The notes: a model not told the origin generated them from the sequence alone. Positions 1 through 9,109 are shown, numbered from the stretch's first letter. The stretch: 43,957 nt of DNA from Parcubacteria group bacterium (GCA_016188775.1 JACPHC010000009.1:1-43957), one strand, 5' to 3'. Numbers and translations are program-made.

Positions 1-1
1 G

Positions 2-271
2 GCTCCTCCCCCTGGAGCCTATTTCCCGCTCGGATATACCGATTGGCTGACTCCGCCCGGACCGGTGATTTTCGGACAGTTGGAATATTGGGGCGGACTT
101 ATTAAAGCCATTGATCCCTTTTCCGATTTTCTTTTTTATGACATCCAACTGCCAGATGGTAAAACATTTCAGGATTTGAAAGGCATCCAGTTTATCGGTT
201 GGTCTAACAAATTCGGAGACTGGAATCGAATCGAGATTCCTCCGATTTACACGGATTTTACGGTGAGGTAG
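2..271 (+). CDS. Hypothetical protein, 3' fragment truncated by the window edge
   Basis: Frame open from position 2 (APPPGAYFPLG...) to TAG at 269-271; no recognisable motif. Confidence 0.6.
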   Translation, partial: APPPGAYFPLGYTDWLTPPGPVIFGQLEYWGGLIKAIDPFSDFLFYDIQLPDGKTFQDLKGIQFIGWSNKFGDWNRIEIPPIYTDFTVR

Positions 272-300
272 ATTCTTACGAGGCTAAGCCTCGTAAGAAT
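272..300. repeat. REP-like hairpin ATTCTTACGAGGC-TAA-GCCTCGTAAGAAT
   Basis: Perfect 13-bp stem; the core TTACGAGGCTAAGCCTCGTAA recurs at ~29056-29076. Confidence 0.8.
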
Positions 301-384
301 TAATGAGTTGATTTATTGTAGTGAGGTAGGGGTTGACTATTTTTTATAAAACTTTTATTCTTATTAAATTAAGACGAATTCATT

Positions 385-633
385 ATGGGAGTACCAACGC
401 AAAGGCATACAAAATCAAGAAGAAACAAGGGCCGATCGCACATGGCTTTAAAACAGCCGGTTTTTTCTTATTGCGCCAAATGCCATGTCAAAAAAATGCC
501 GCATCAGATTTGCGAAAACTGCGGCTATTACGGCGGCAAAGAAGTTATTGACGTTTTGGCCAAGCTTGAGAAAAAGGAACGAAAGAAAAAGAAAAAAGAC
601 TTGGCGGTTCAAGAACAAAAAGCCGGAAAATAA
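385..633 (+). CDS. rpmF: 50S ribosomal protein L32 with Lys-rich C-terminal extension
   Basis: [23 protein letters not shown]...[11 protein letters not shown] zinc motif. Confidence 0.95.
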   Translation: MGVPTQRHTKSRRNKGRSHMALKQPVFSYCAKCHVKKMPHQICENCGYYGGKEVIDVLAKLEKKERKKKKKDLAVQEQKAGK

Positions 634-644
634 ATTAACTATAT

Positions 645-783
645 TAAAAAGCGAAGGAAATGGATTTTTCAAATCGTCTCCCTGCGGGAGATCTCCCGTA
701 GGGATGACAGGCGGGGTCGGCCAAAATTCGCAAAGCGAATTTTGGGGTGAAGGCGATTTGAAAAATTCGTTTCTGGAGCTTTG
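645..783. repeat. ~108-bp palindromic element carrying a nested 31-bp hairpin (677-707); inverted partner at 1286-1393
   Basis: Reverse complement of 1286-1393 matches apart from the insert and about 2 substitutions. Confidence 0.9.
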
Positions 784-817
784 TTTAATTTTATTTATAA
801 ATTTAAACAAAATTGGT

Positions 818-1279
818 ATGTCTTCAAGGCATCTATCCAGATCTATAGCCATGCAAAGCCTCTACGAGTGGGATTTTAGGGGCAGTGGTCTTGATGATCT
901 TCAAAAAATCGTTCAAAGAAATATAGCTGAATTTGGACCGGGACTTGAAGACACGAATTTTGTCCATCAGCTTATTAGCGGCGTTTTGGAACACAAAGAA
1001 GAACTGGATAAAATCATTGAAAAAACGGCTCCGGAATGGCCAATCGGGCAGATTACCGCGGTTGACCGCAATGTTTTGCGTCTCGGTCTTTATGAGCTTT
1101 TATTTAGCAAGCGGGAGGAGGTGCCGGCCAAGGTGGCGATAAACGAAGCCATTGAATTGGCTAAAACTTTTGGCGGTGAAACTTCCGGCAAGTTTGTTAA
1201 CGGCGTTTTGGGGACTATTTATCGGGAAATAGGAGAGCCGGGAAAAGACGAGACTTCAAAATCTAAAAAAGAAGATTAA
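818..1279 (+). CDS. nusB: Transcription antitermination factor NusB
   Basis: [19 protein letters not shown]...VDRNVLRLG...[14 protein letters not shown]...FVNGVLG; start moved to ATG 818 from the ORF-track 485. Confidence 0.95.
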   Translation: MSSRHLSRSIAMQSLYEWDFRGSGLDDLQKIVQRNIAEFGPGLEDTNFVHQLISGVLEHKEELDKIIEKTAPEWPIGQITAVDRNVLRLGLYELLFSKREEVPAKVAINEAIELAKTFGGETSGKFVNGVLGTIYREIGEPGKDETSKSKKED

Positions 1280-1285
1280 CTTTTT

Positions 1286-1393
1286 CAAAGCTTCGGAAAC
1301 GAATTTTTCAAATCGCCTTCACCCCAAAATTCGCTTTGCGAATTTTGGCCGACCCCGCCTGCGATTTGAAAAATCCATTTCCTTCGCTTTTTA
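1286..1393. repeat. Palindromic element, inverted copy of 645-783
   Basis: Internal stems TTTTTCAAATCG/CGATTTGAAAAA and CCAAAATTCGC/GCGAATTTTGG. Confidence 0.9.
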
Positions 1394-1400
1394 TTAATTC

Positions 1401-2096
1401 ATGGCGGAATTAAGCGAACTGGAAAAAAAAATTGGCGTTGAATTTAAAAATAAAGACCTGCTTTTACAGGCCTTGGTTCATCGTTCTTATTTAAATGAAA
1501 ACCCCAATTTTAAAGTCAAGCATAACGAGCGATTGGAATTTTTAGGGGACGCGGTTTTAGAGCTTGTCGTTTCCGATTATCTTTACGAGCAATATCCCCA
1601 AGAACCGGAAGGGCAGATGACCGCCTGGCGGGCCGCTTTAGTAAACGCTAATATGCTTTTTGATATAGCCGCGAAATTGGGATTGGGCAATTATCTTCTT
1701 CTTTCCCGAGGCGAGGCTAAAGACATAAATAAAGCTCGGATGTATCTTATCGCCAATGCTTTTGAGGCCTTGATCGGCGCTATTTATCTTGATCAGGGGA
1801 TAGAAGCGGCTCAAATTTTTATTGAAAAAAATGTCTTGGTTGAATTGGGGCGAGTCATTAAAGAAAAACTTTATCGGGATTCAAAGAGTTTATTTCAAGA
1901 AGAGGCGCAGGATAAAGCCGGCATTACTCCGATTTACGAAGTTTTGAGAGAATGGGGCCCGGATCACGCCAAACATTTCGTCATTGGCGTTTTTTTAGGC
2001 GATGAACTGGTGGCTCAAGGCGAAGGAATGTCAAAACAATCGGCCCAGCAGGAAGCGGCCAAAGAAGCGTTAAAGGTTAAAAATTGGGGCAGTTAA
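1401..2096 (+). CDS. rnc: Ribonuclease III
   Basis: NERLEFLGDAVL signature; C-terminal dsRBD (GPDHAKHF, GMSKQSAQQEAA). Confidence 0.97.
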   Translation: MAELSELEKKIGVEFKNKDLLLQALVHRSYLNENPNFKVKHNERLEFLGDAVLELVVSDYLYEQYPQEPEGQMTAWRAALVNANMLFDIAAKLGLGNYLLLSRGEAKDINKARMYLIANAFEALIGAIYLDQGIEAAQIFIEKNVLVELGRVIKEKLYRDSKSLFQEEAQDKAGITPIYEVLREWGPDHAKHFVIGVFLGDELVAQGEGMSKQSAQQEAAKEALKVKNWGS

Positions 2097-2099
2097 TTT

Positions 2100-4241
2100 A
2101 TGTTAAAGCGTCTTGAAATTTCAGGGTTTAAATCTTTTGCCAAAAAAATCTCTTTGGAATTTCCGGGCCGGGTTTCGGCTATTGTCGGACCGAACGGTTC
2201 GGGAAAATCCAATATCGCCGACGCAATTCGCTGGGTGATGGGAGAACAAAGCTTGAAAGCGCTGCGAACGAAAGACGGCGAAGATTTGATTTTTAGCGGA
2301 TCAAACGTTGCTTCTCGGATTGGCAAAGCCAGCGCCGAACTTATTTTTGACAATATCTCTCGCTGGTTTCCCGTTGATTTGGACGAGGTTGTGATTTCAA
2401 GGAAAAGTTATCGCGGCGGGGAGAATCAATATCTTATCAATAATTCTCCGGTTCGCCTGAAAGACGTCGTGGAGATGTTGGCCAAAGTCGGAGTGGGTTC
2501 AAAAGGGTACAGTATTATCGCTCAAGGCGCGGCTGATTCATTGCTGGCCGCCTCGGACAAAGAAAGACGCGAAATGATTGAAGAAGCGCTGGGATTGAAA
2601 GAATTCCGGCTCAAAAAAAACGAAACGGAGAGAAAATTGTCTGAAACCGACAATAATCTCGCACAGGCGAGAGTTTTGATCGATGAAATATCTCCGCGGC
2701 TCAAAACTCTTTCCCGTCTTGCTTTAAAAGTTAAAGAAAGGGAAGATAAGGCCGCCCGGCTTAAAATTTTAGAAACTCAATATTTCGCCGGCGAATTAAA
2801 TAAAATAAAATCAAAAAAACAAAGTATCGAGGAAAGGAAAAATCTTTTTGAAAAAGAATTGGCAGCGGCTAAAAATTCCATTTTTAAATTACGCGAGGAT
2901 CAAAACAAGGAAGAAGAAGTGGCGCCCGCTTCTTTAAACGATTTAAATCGGCTTAATTTGGAAACGGCGAAATTAGACGAAATTGAAACAAAATTGACTC
3001 GCGATTTGGGCCGTGTTGAAGGATTAATGGAGGCTGAACTGGAAACGGAAAAATTGGAATATCAGCCCGTCACTTTAAGTTATGCCAAGGCCAGTTTGGA
3101 AAACCTCCGGCAAATTCTCAAGGATGGAAAAGTTAGCGAGGCTCTTAATTTTTTGGACGAATTAATTCGGAAATTGATTTCCGGTAAAATTGTTTCCCAA
3201 CAAAAGACGAGCGTTGAGAAAAACCTTTTTTTAAAAAAACAGGAAAAAGACATTAAGAATCAACTGGCTGAAATTTTTCAAAAAAAAGATCAAATTAAGG
3301 AAGAAATAAACAAATTAAATTTCGCTATTGCCGGCTGGCGGGAAAGATTGGCCGGAATTAAACAAGGTCTTGCCCAAGAAGAAAAAAAATTTTCCGCCCA
3401 AGAAGAAATTTTTCGATCCGTTGTTTTGGAAGAAGATAAAATCGGACTGGAAGAAAATCAGGTCCTGCGATTTGCCGAAGAGGCTGGAATTGCCAAAGAC
3501 TCTCTGGCGATTTTACCGGCCGGTCCGGTTCCTGATTTTTATCAGATTCAAAAATTAAGAAGGGAAGTGGAGTCTATTATGAATGTTGATCCGGAGGTGC
3601 TGAAAGAACACGACGCGGTTTCATTGAGGCATCAATTTTTAACGACTCAAACCGGAGATTTGGAAAAAGCTTCGGCGAGCCTCCGTGATTTAATCCGAGA
3701 ATTAGATCAAAAAATCGATCGGGATTTTCGCGCGGGTTTGGCCGAAATATCCGAAGAATTTAATCGTTATTTTCGAATGATTTTTGGCGGCGGCCGAGCC
3801 AATCTTTATTTAGTTTCAGAAAAAAAAGAAAAATATAATTTGGAAGGCGAAAATAGTCAAAACGGAGATATAGCGGAAAATGACGCTTATGCCGGATGCG
3901 CGATTTCAGCGGAAATACCGGGTAAAAAAATCAAAGGACTAAACGCTCTTTCCGGCGGGGAGAGATCGCTGACGGCCTTGAGTCTTCTTTTTGGCATTGT
4001 GGCGGTCAACTCTCCGCCGTTTTTAGTTTTTGACGAGATTGACGCGGCTTTAGACGAGTCTAATTCGCGACGTTTCGCCAATATTTTTAAGGATTTATCC
4101 CAAAAAACGCAGTTTGTGATTATCACTCATAATCGCGAGACAATGTCCGAGGCCGATGTTCTCTACGGCGTGACTTTAGCCGAAGACGGATCGTCAAAAA
4201 TTATTTCGCTCAAATTTAGCGAGAAAACAACAGTTGCGTAA
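2100..4241 (+). CDS. smc: SMC-family ATPase, short form (713 aa)
   Basis: GFKSF, Walker A GPNGSGKSN, LSGGE signature, Walker B FDEIDAALD, IITHN. Confidence 0.9.
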   Translation: MLKRLEISGFKSFAKKISLEFPGRVSAIVGPNGSGKSNIADAIRWVMGEQSLKALRTKDGEDLIFSGSNVASRIGKASAELIFDNISRWFPVDLDEVVISRKSYRGGENQYLINNSPVRLKDVVEMLAKVGVGSKGYSIIAQGAADSLLAASDKERREMIEEALGLKEFRLKKNETERKLSETDNNLAQARVLIDEISPRLKTLSRLALKVKEREDKAARLKILETQYFAGELNKIKSKKQSIEERKNLFEKELAAAKNSIFKLREDQNKEEEVAPASLNDLNRLNLETAKLDEIETKLTRDLGRVEGLMEAELETEKLEYQPVTLSYAKASLENLRQILKDGKVSEALNFLDELIRKLISGKIVSQQKTSVEKNLFLKKQEKDIKNQLAEIFQKKDQIKEEINKLNFAIAGWRERLAGIKQGLAQEEKKFSAQEEIFRSVVLEEDKIGLEENQVLRFAEEAGIAKDSLAILPAGPVPDFYQIQKLRREVESIMNVDPEVLKEHDAVSLRHQFLTTQTGDLEKASASLRDLIRELDQKIDRDFRAGLAEISEEFNRYFRMIFGGGRANLYLVSEKKEKYNLEGENSQNGDIAENDAYAGCAISAEIPGKKIKGLNALSGGERSLTALSLLFGIVAVNSPPFLVFDEIDAALDESNSRRFANIFKDLSQKTQFVIITHNRETMSEADVLYGVTLAEDGSSKIISLKFSEKTTVA

Positions 4242-4268
4242 TTTTCATCTTTTGCTATTATAGAAGCA

Positions 4269-5876
4269 ATGGAAAACGAAACGGTGATTTTTCTTAAAAA
4301 AGAAGAAGATATCAGTCTGATTTTGAAAAGATTGGACGCGGCGCGCTCTAAATTTGTTATTTTTAATTTTCCTTCAAAATCGAAAATTTTCGAAATGAAA
4401 AGTTGGTTGAGAATTCTTAAAGAAGAGGCGGAGCATCTTGGGAAAAATATCGCCATTGAAACCGACGACGAAAAGGGGATTAAGCTTTGCCAAAATCTTG
4501 GCATTGAGACGTATTTTCCGAATCAGGGCGAAAACGAAGAGTCGGAGAATATTAGGAATGAGGCCGAATTGAAAATCCAGGAAGTTAAAAATGAAAATTG
4601 GCCCGAATCTCTTCGTTTAACCAATAATGACCAGCCGAGCGGCCATCTTGAAACTTGGTTTAAAAACGGCAAGAAAAAATCTCCGGATGGCGAGATGGAA
4701 GAAAAAAAATCGTGGATTTTAAGACCTTTGGCAACTCATTTTTTGCTTTCTATTTTTATTCTTTCCTTTTCCGTTTTTGTTTTGACTATTCTTTTTATTT
4801 TGCCGAGAGTTGATGTTAATCTCAAACTTAAAGAGGAAGTCATTGAAGATGATTTGAAAATTACGGCGAAAAAAGACAGCTTAATTGTTGATCAGACGGG
4901 ATTAGTCATTCCGGCCGTGGTTTTTTCTCAAGAATCTTCGAAAAAAATTGAATTTGAAGCCACCGGCAAAAAAGAAGCCGAAGAGAAGGCGAGCGGCAGA
5001 ATCGAAGTTTTTAACGCTTACAATTCCAAGCCGCAGACTTTGGTCGCCACCACCAGGTTTGAGTCCAAAGACGGAAAAATTTTTCGAATGATTAAAGCCG
5101 CGACCATTCCGGCCGCGACAATTAAAAACGGTCAGTTAACGCCTTCAAGCGTTTTTGTCGAAGTTCGGGCCGACAAACCGGGAGAAGAATATAATATCGG
5201 CCCGAGCGACTTTACGATTCCGGGATTTGCCGGCTCTGATAAATTTAAAGGATTTTACGGAAAATCTCGTCAGGCCATGGAAGGCGGAGCTCAAGGAAAA
5301 ATAAATTTCATTACCGAGGAAGATATTAAAAAAGCTTCAGAATTTTTAAAAAATGATTTAGCCAAAGAAGCGACAACTTCTTTAAAAAGTAAAATTTCTT
5401 CGCCTCTTGATTGGATTCCCGGCGCCGATGAAATTGTTGTTTCCGAATCTAATATTTCTCAGGCGGGGAAAATCGGGCCAAAAGGTTCGGCGTTTATGAA
5501 AATAGTTTTTCAAGCGATTGTTTTTGACCAAAACGATTTAAACCGTTTGGTTGACGAAAAATTAAAAAATAAAATTAAAAATAATGAACGCTTGGTCCCC
5601 GAAATCAGCGATTTGGCGTTTTCGGGCATCGCGAAGAATTTTGAGAAAGGAATTTTGACGTTTAGCGTCAACGTCAAGGCCAAAAAAACAAAATTAATTG
5701 ATCAGGACCGGCTGATTGAAGAATTAAAAGGCCAGAGCGAGGCCGACATAAAAAATTATTTTTCTTCCAAGTCCGATATTTTAGCCGCGGCCTCGGTGAA
5801 TTACTGGCCTTTTTGGGTCAGCCACATTCCCAAGTTTTCAAAAAGCATTAATTTAATAATCGAACCAAAGTATTGA
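4269..5876 (+). CDS. Single-pass membrane protein with a probable baseplate-J-like extracytoplasmic domain
   Basis: TM segment FLLSIFILSFSVFVLTILFIL, then ASGRIEVFN...TRF...VEVRADKPGEEYNI; family recalled from motif similarity only. Confidence 0.6.
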   Translation: MENETVIFLKKEEDISLILKRLDAARSKFVIFNFPSKSKIFEMKSWLRILKEEAEHLGKNIAIETDDEKGIKLCQNLGIETYFPNQGENEESENIRNEAELKIQEVKNENWPESLRLTNNDQPSGHLETWFKNGKKKSPDGEMEEKKSWILRPLATHFLLSIFILSFSVFVLTILFILPRVDVNLKLKEEVIEDDLKITAKKDSLIVDQTGLVIPAVVFSQESSKKIEFEATGKKEAEEKASGRIEVFNAYNSKPQTLVATTRFESKDGKIFRMIKAATIPAATIKNGQLTPSSVFVEVRADKPGEEYNIGPSDFTIPGFAGSDKFKGFYGKSRQAMEGGAQGKINFITEEDIKKASEFLKNDLAKEATTSLKSKISSPLDWIPGADEIVVSESNISQAGKIGPKGSAFMKIVFQAIVFDQNDLNRLVDEKLKNKIKNNERLVPEISDLAFSGIAKNFEKGILTFSVNVKAKKTKLIDQDRLIEELKGQSEADIKNYFSSKSDILAAASVNYWPFWVSHIPKFSKSINLIIEPKY

Positions 5877-5929
5877 CTTTTCATTATTTTATTTATAGAA
5901 TTCTTTTTAGCCTCTTTTGAGAGGAATAT

Positions 5930-6045
5930 TTTGTTTATTATGCAAACGAGTATGAATCGAGCGAGGCGAGTTGGTCGAGCCGAGCGAGAACCTTTCATAA
6001 CAAAGCATTATCACAATACCGCGCCGCTTGCGGCGCGGATGCTTT
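5930..6045. repeat. Structured intergenic region upstream of infA, including hairpin CCGCGCCGC-TT-GCGGCGCGG
   Basis: GC stem 6019-6038 enclosed by AAAGCAT/ATGCTTT, ending immediately before ATG 6046. Confidence 0.65.
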
Positions 6046-6297
6046 ATGGTCGAAAATAAAGATAAAGACCAACGTCAAAAAGTAATAAAAAAAACCGGTA
6101 TCGCTCTTGAAGCTCTTCCGGCCGCGACCTTTAAAGTTAAATTGGATTCGGGAGAAGAAATTTTAGCTCATCTTTCCGGAAGATTGCGGATGAATCATAT
6201 TCGTATTTTGCCCGGCGATCGGGTGACGGTTGAATTATCCCCTTATGATTTAACTAAAGGCAGAATAGTTTATAGGGGGCTAAAATCAATCGCTTGA
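6046..6297 (+). CDS. infA: Translation initiation factor IF-1
   Basis: [10 protein letters not shown]...[38 protein letters not shown]. Confidence 0.96.
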   Translation: MVENKDKDQRQKVIKKTGIALEALPAATFKVKLDSGEEILAHLSGRLRMNHIRILPGDRVTVELSPYDLTKGRIVYRGLKSIA

Positions 6298-6327
6298 TTT
6301 TAGCGGGAAATTTTTTAAATATAATAA

Positions 6328-6441
6328 ATGAAAGTAAGATCTTCCATTAAAAAAATATGCGCCAAATGTAAAATTGTCCGCCGTCAAAGACGGCTTTATG
6401 TTGTTTGTTCCAATCCAAAACACAAACAACGGCAAGGTTAA
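6328..6441 (+). CDS. rpmJ: 50S ribosomal protein L36 (absent from the ORF track)
   Basis: Manual translation [37 protein letters not shown]. Confidence 0.97.
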   Translation: MKVRSSIKKICAKCKIVRRQRRLYVVCSNPKHKQRQG

Positions 6442-6446
6442 ATTTA

Positions 6447-6612
6447 TAGACCTTTTGCAAAATAATCTTTTCTACTCCAATTCTCAAATTTCGGGTGTCA
6501 ACCCTACGGGTGATCTCCCGTAGGGAGACAAATTATTCAGAGCTTCTCAACGTATTTTGATTAAAATACGCTTCGTCGCTCTTCATAATTTTCGCTGAGA
6601 ATTTCCGGAGTA
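6447..6612. repeat. Palindromic element (RPE-1-like architecture) with nested hairpin 6496-6530; right arm merges with the rpsM 5' end
   Basis: Terminus TAGACCTTTTGCAAAATAAT; inner CGTATTTT/AAAATACG; TACTCCAATTCTCA is complementary to TGAGAATT(TCC)GGAGTA. Confidence 0.75.
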
Positions 6613-6981
6613 AATATACCTGATAATAAAAAAATAGTTATTTCTCTGTCTTATCTTTATGGGATTGGGATTCCTTTGGCCGAGAAGATTTTGGAAAAAC
6701 TAGCCATTGATCCAGCCATTAAAGCCAATCAGCTTTCTGCCCCAATGCAATCTCAATTAAAAGACGAGATTGAAAAAAATTATAAAGTGGAAGGCGAGCT
6801 AAGACGGGAAATAATGATGAATATTAAAAGATTGAAAGATATCGGCGTTTATCGAGGCTTGCGCCATTCCAGGGGTTTGCCGGTGCGGGGACAACGCACT
6901 AAAACTAATTCGAGAACCCGAAGAGGCAATGTCAGAAAAACAATGGGTTCCGGCCGGAAACAGTCGTCTGAAAAGACATAA
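6595..6981 (+). CDS. rpsM: 30S ribosomal protein S13, probable CTG start
   Basis: (M)[24 protein letters not shown]...[18 protein letters not shown]; in-frame TAA at 6586-6588 and no ATG before the conserved N-terminus. Confidence 0.93.
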   Translation: MRISGVNIPDNKKIVISLSYLYGIGIPLAEKILEKLAIDPAIKANQLSAPMQSQLKDEIEKNYKVEGELRREIMMNIKRLKDIGVYRGLRHSRGLPVRGQRTKTNSRTRRGNVRKTMGSGRKQSSEKT

Positions 6982-6985
6982 AATT

Positions 6986-7429
6986 ATGGGTAAAAAGAGA
7001 ATAATTCAAAAAAACGAACCTCAATCCGAAGAAATTAAAAAAGACGGAGCGAGTAAAAAAGGGGAAAAAATAATAAGCGCTAAAATCAGCCGCGGCGTTG
7101 TTCATGTGTTTGCTACCTACAACAACACCATAATCAGCGCTACCGATCCGGCGGGCAATGTTTTGATTTGGGCTTCGGCCGGCAACATCGGTTTCAAGGG
7201 AACTAAAAAATCGACGCCCTTTGCCGCTTCCAAAACCGCGGAGGTTGTTTCGGAAAAAATAAAAAAAATTGGCATCACCGACATTGATATAATGATTAAA
7301 GGAATCGGAGCTGGCCGAGATTCAACTTTAAGATCGCTGGCCAACGCCGGTTTTAATATTAATCTTATCAGGGATATTACTTCAATTCCGCATAATGGCT
7401 GCCGTCCGCCCAAAGTAAGACGAGTTTAA
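6986..7429 (+). CDS. rpsK: 30S ribosomal protein S11
   Basis: ATYNNTII...GFKGTKKSTPFAA...IPHNGCRPPKVRRV. Confidence 0.96.
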   Translation: MGKKRIIQKNEPQSEEIKKDGASKKGEKIISAKISRGVVHVFATYNNTIISATDPAGNVLIWASAGNIGFKGTKKSTPFAASKTAEVVSEKIKKIGITDIDIMIKGIGAGRDSTLRSLANAGFNINLIRDITSIPHNGCRPPKVRRV

Positions 7430-7435
7430 TTTGTT

Positions 7436-8059
7436 ATGAAGAAACCGAAAGAGAAAATTTCCAGAAGAATCGGCGAAAATCTTTTTTTAAAGGGAGAACG
7501 TTCTTTTTCTCAAAAATCCGCCATGATCAGAAAGCCATATCCGCCCGGTCAGCATGGACAGAAAAGGAAAAGGGGAGCGGTTTCCGAGTTTGGCCGGCAG
7601 CTGGTTGAAAAACAAAAATTAAAGTTTATGTACGGTCTTCGAGACAGGCAGTTTAAGCGATATATCAAGGAATCAACAGCCGCTAAAGGCGAGACCGGCG
7701 ATAATCTTCTTAGAAAATTGGAAATGAGATTGGATAACGTTATTTATCGTTTGGGTTTTGCTTTTTCGCGAAGCATCGCTCGCCAACTGGTTGGTCATGG
7801 CCATTTTACTTTAAACGGAAAACGGGTGACTCTTCCCTCTCAAGAGGTTAAAATCGGCAATTTAATTAAAATTCGGCCCGCTTCGGAGACCAAACAGATG
7901 TTTTCGGATATAAAAACGGTTTTAAAAAAATATAAGACGCCTTCTTGGCTTTCTCTTGATAAAGATAAACTGGAAGGCAAAATAATAGGCCGGCCAGAAA
8001 AAGAAGAAATAGGTTTTTCCGGCAATCTCTCGGCCATAGTTGAATATTATTCAAGGTAG
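7436..8059 (+). CDS. rpsD: 30S ribosomal protein S4
   Basis: PPGQHG, LEMRLDNVIYRLGF, ARQLVGHGH, IVEYYSR. Confidence 0.97.
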   Translation: MKKPKEKISRRIGENLFLKGERSFSQKSAMIRKPYPPGQHGQKRKRGAVSEFGRQLVEKQKLKFMYGLRDRQFKRYIKESTAAKGETGDNLLRKLEMRLDNVIYRLGFAFSRSIARQLVGHGHFTLNGKRVTLPSQEVKIGNLIKIRPASETKQMFSDIKTVLKKYKTPSWLSLDKDKLEGKIIGRPEKEEIGFSGNLSAIVEYYSR

Positions 8060-8066
8060 TTTAAAA

Positions 8067-8146
8067 AAATAAAGGAGTGGGGTATATTTTGCCACCTCAC
8101 TGCTCCGCATGAGGATTCCGTCAAAATATGCCCCACTTCTTTATTT
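8067..8146. repeat. 80-bp hairpin element, copy 1 of 2 (other at 28141-28220)
   Basis: Identical 48-bp core GGTATATTTTGCCACCTCACTGCTCCGCATGAGGATTCCGTCAAAATA. Confidence 0.9.
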
Positions 8147-8176
8147 GCAATTAATTATATAATTAAAAATTTTTTT

Positions 8177-9109
8177 ATGATTCCATTACCGCAAAAAATA
8201 AAAATTATTAATAAAAAAGACAATCAGGCGACTTTTGAAATTGAAGGATTGTCTCCGGGTTACGGCATGACTGTCGGCAATAGCTTGAGGCGGGTTTTGC
8301 TTTCTTCGCTTGAAGGTTCGGCGGTTACACTCGTTAAAATTAAGGGCGCGGCTCATGAATTTTCAACCATTCCGGGTGTGCTGGAAAATGTCATTGATAT
8401 TTTGCTTAATCTCAAGCAAGTTCGTTTTAAACTTCATTCAAAAGAACCAAAAAGACTCTTTTTGAAAGTTAAAGGGGAAAAAGACATTAAGGCCGGAGAT
8501 TTTGAAAAATCGACCGATGTCGAGGTTATAACAAAAGATGTTCATATCGTTACTTTATCCGATCCAACCAGCCAGTTTGAAATGGAGATCGAGATTTCTC
8601 GGGGGCTGGGTTTCCAGCCGTCTGAATTTTTAAAAAGAGAAAAAATTGAAATCGGCGCTATTGCCGTTGACGCGATTTTTAGCCCGATCCGCAAAGTAAA
8701 TTATGAAGTTGAAGATATGCGCGTCGGCGAACGAACAGATTTTAATCGTTTGAGCCTTTTTGTTGAAACCGACGGCAGTATCAGTCCGGAAGAAGCTTTT
8801 ATCAGCGCCTCCAAAATTTTAGTTGACCATTTTTCTTTTTTGAAGGATTTTCAAGAGAGCGGCGGGAAAGAAAAAGAAAAAAAGGAAATGATTGAAATTG
8901 AAGATATTTTAAAAACCAAAGTTTCGGATCTTAATCTTTCAATCAGAACCTTAAACGCTCTGAATGAGTCAGGGATAAAGACGGTTGGAGGGTTAATTAA
9001 AAAAACCGAGTCTTCTTTGGGCGAGATAGGCGGGTTGGGAGAAAAGGGGATTAAAGAAATCAAAAAAGCGTTAGGGAAATTGAATTTAACTTTTAAAGAA
9101 GAAAAATGA
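8177..9109 (+). CDS. rpoA: RNA polymerase alpha subunit
   Basis: GYGMTVGNSLRRVLLSSL, HEFSTIPGV, alpha-CTD LSIRTLNAL. Confidence 0.97.
   Translation: MIPLPQKIKIINKKDNQATFEIEGLSPGYGMTVGNSLRRVLLSSLEGSAVTLVKIKGAAHEFSTIPGVLENVIDILLNLKQVRFKLHSKEPKRLFLKVKGEKDIKAGDFEKSTDVEVITKDVHIVTLSDPTSQFEMEIEISRGLGFQPSEFLKREKIEIGAIAVDAIFSPIRKVNYEVEDMRVGERTDFNRLSLFVETDGSISPEEAFISASKILVDHFSFLKDFQESGGKEKEKKEMIEIEDILKTKVSDLNLSIRTLNALNESGIKTVGGLIKKTESSLGEIGGLGEKGIKEIKKALGKLNLTFKEEK

Noticed and set aside
485-817. 111-aa N-terminal extension of NusB in the ORF track
   Set aside because: Overlaps rpmF and reads through a palindromic repeat; NusB homology starts at ATG 818
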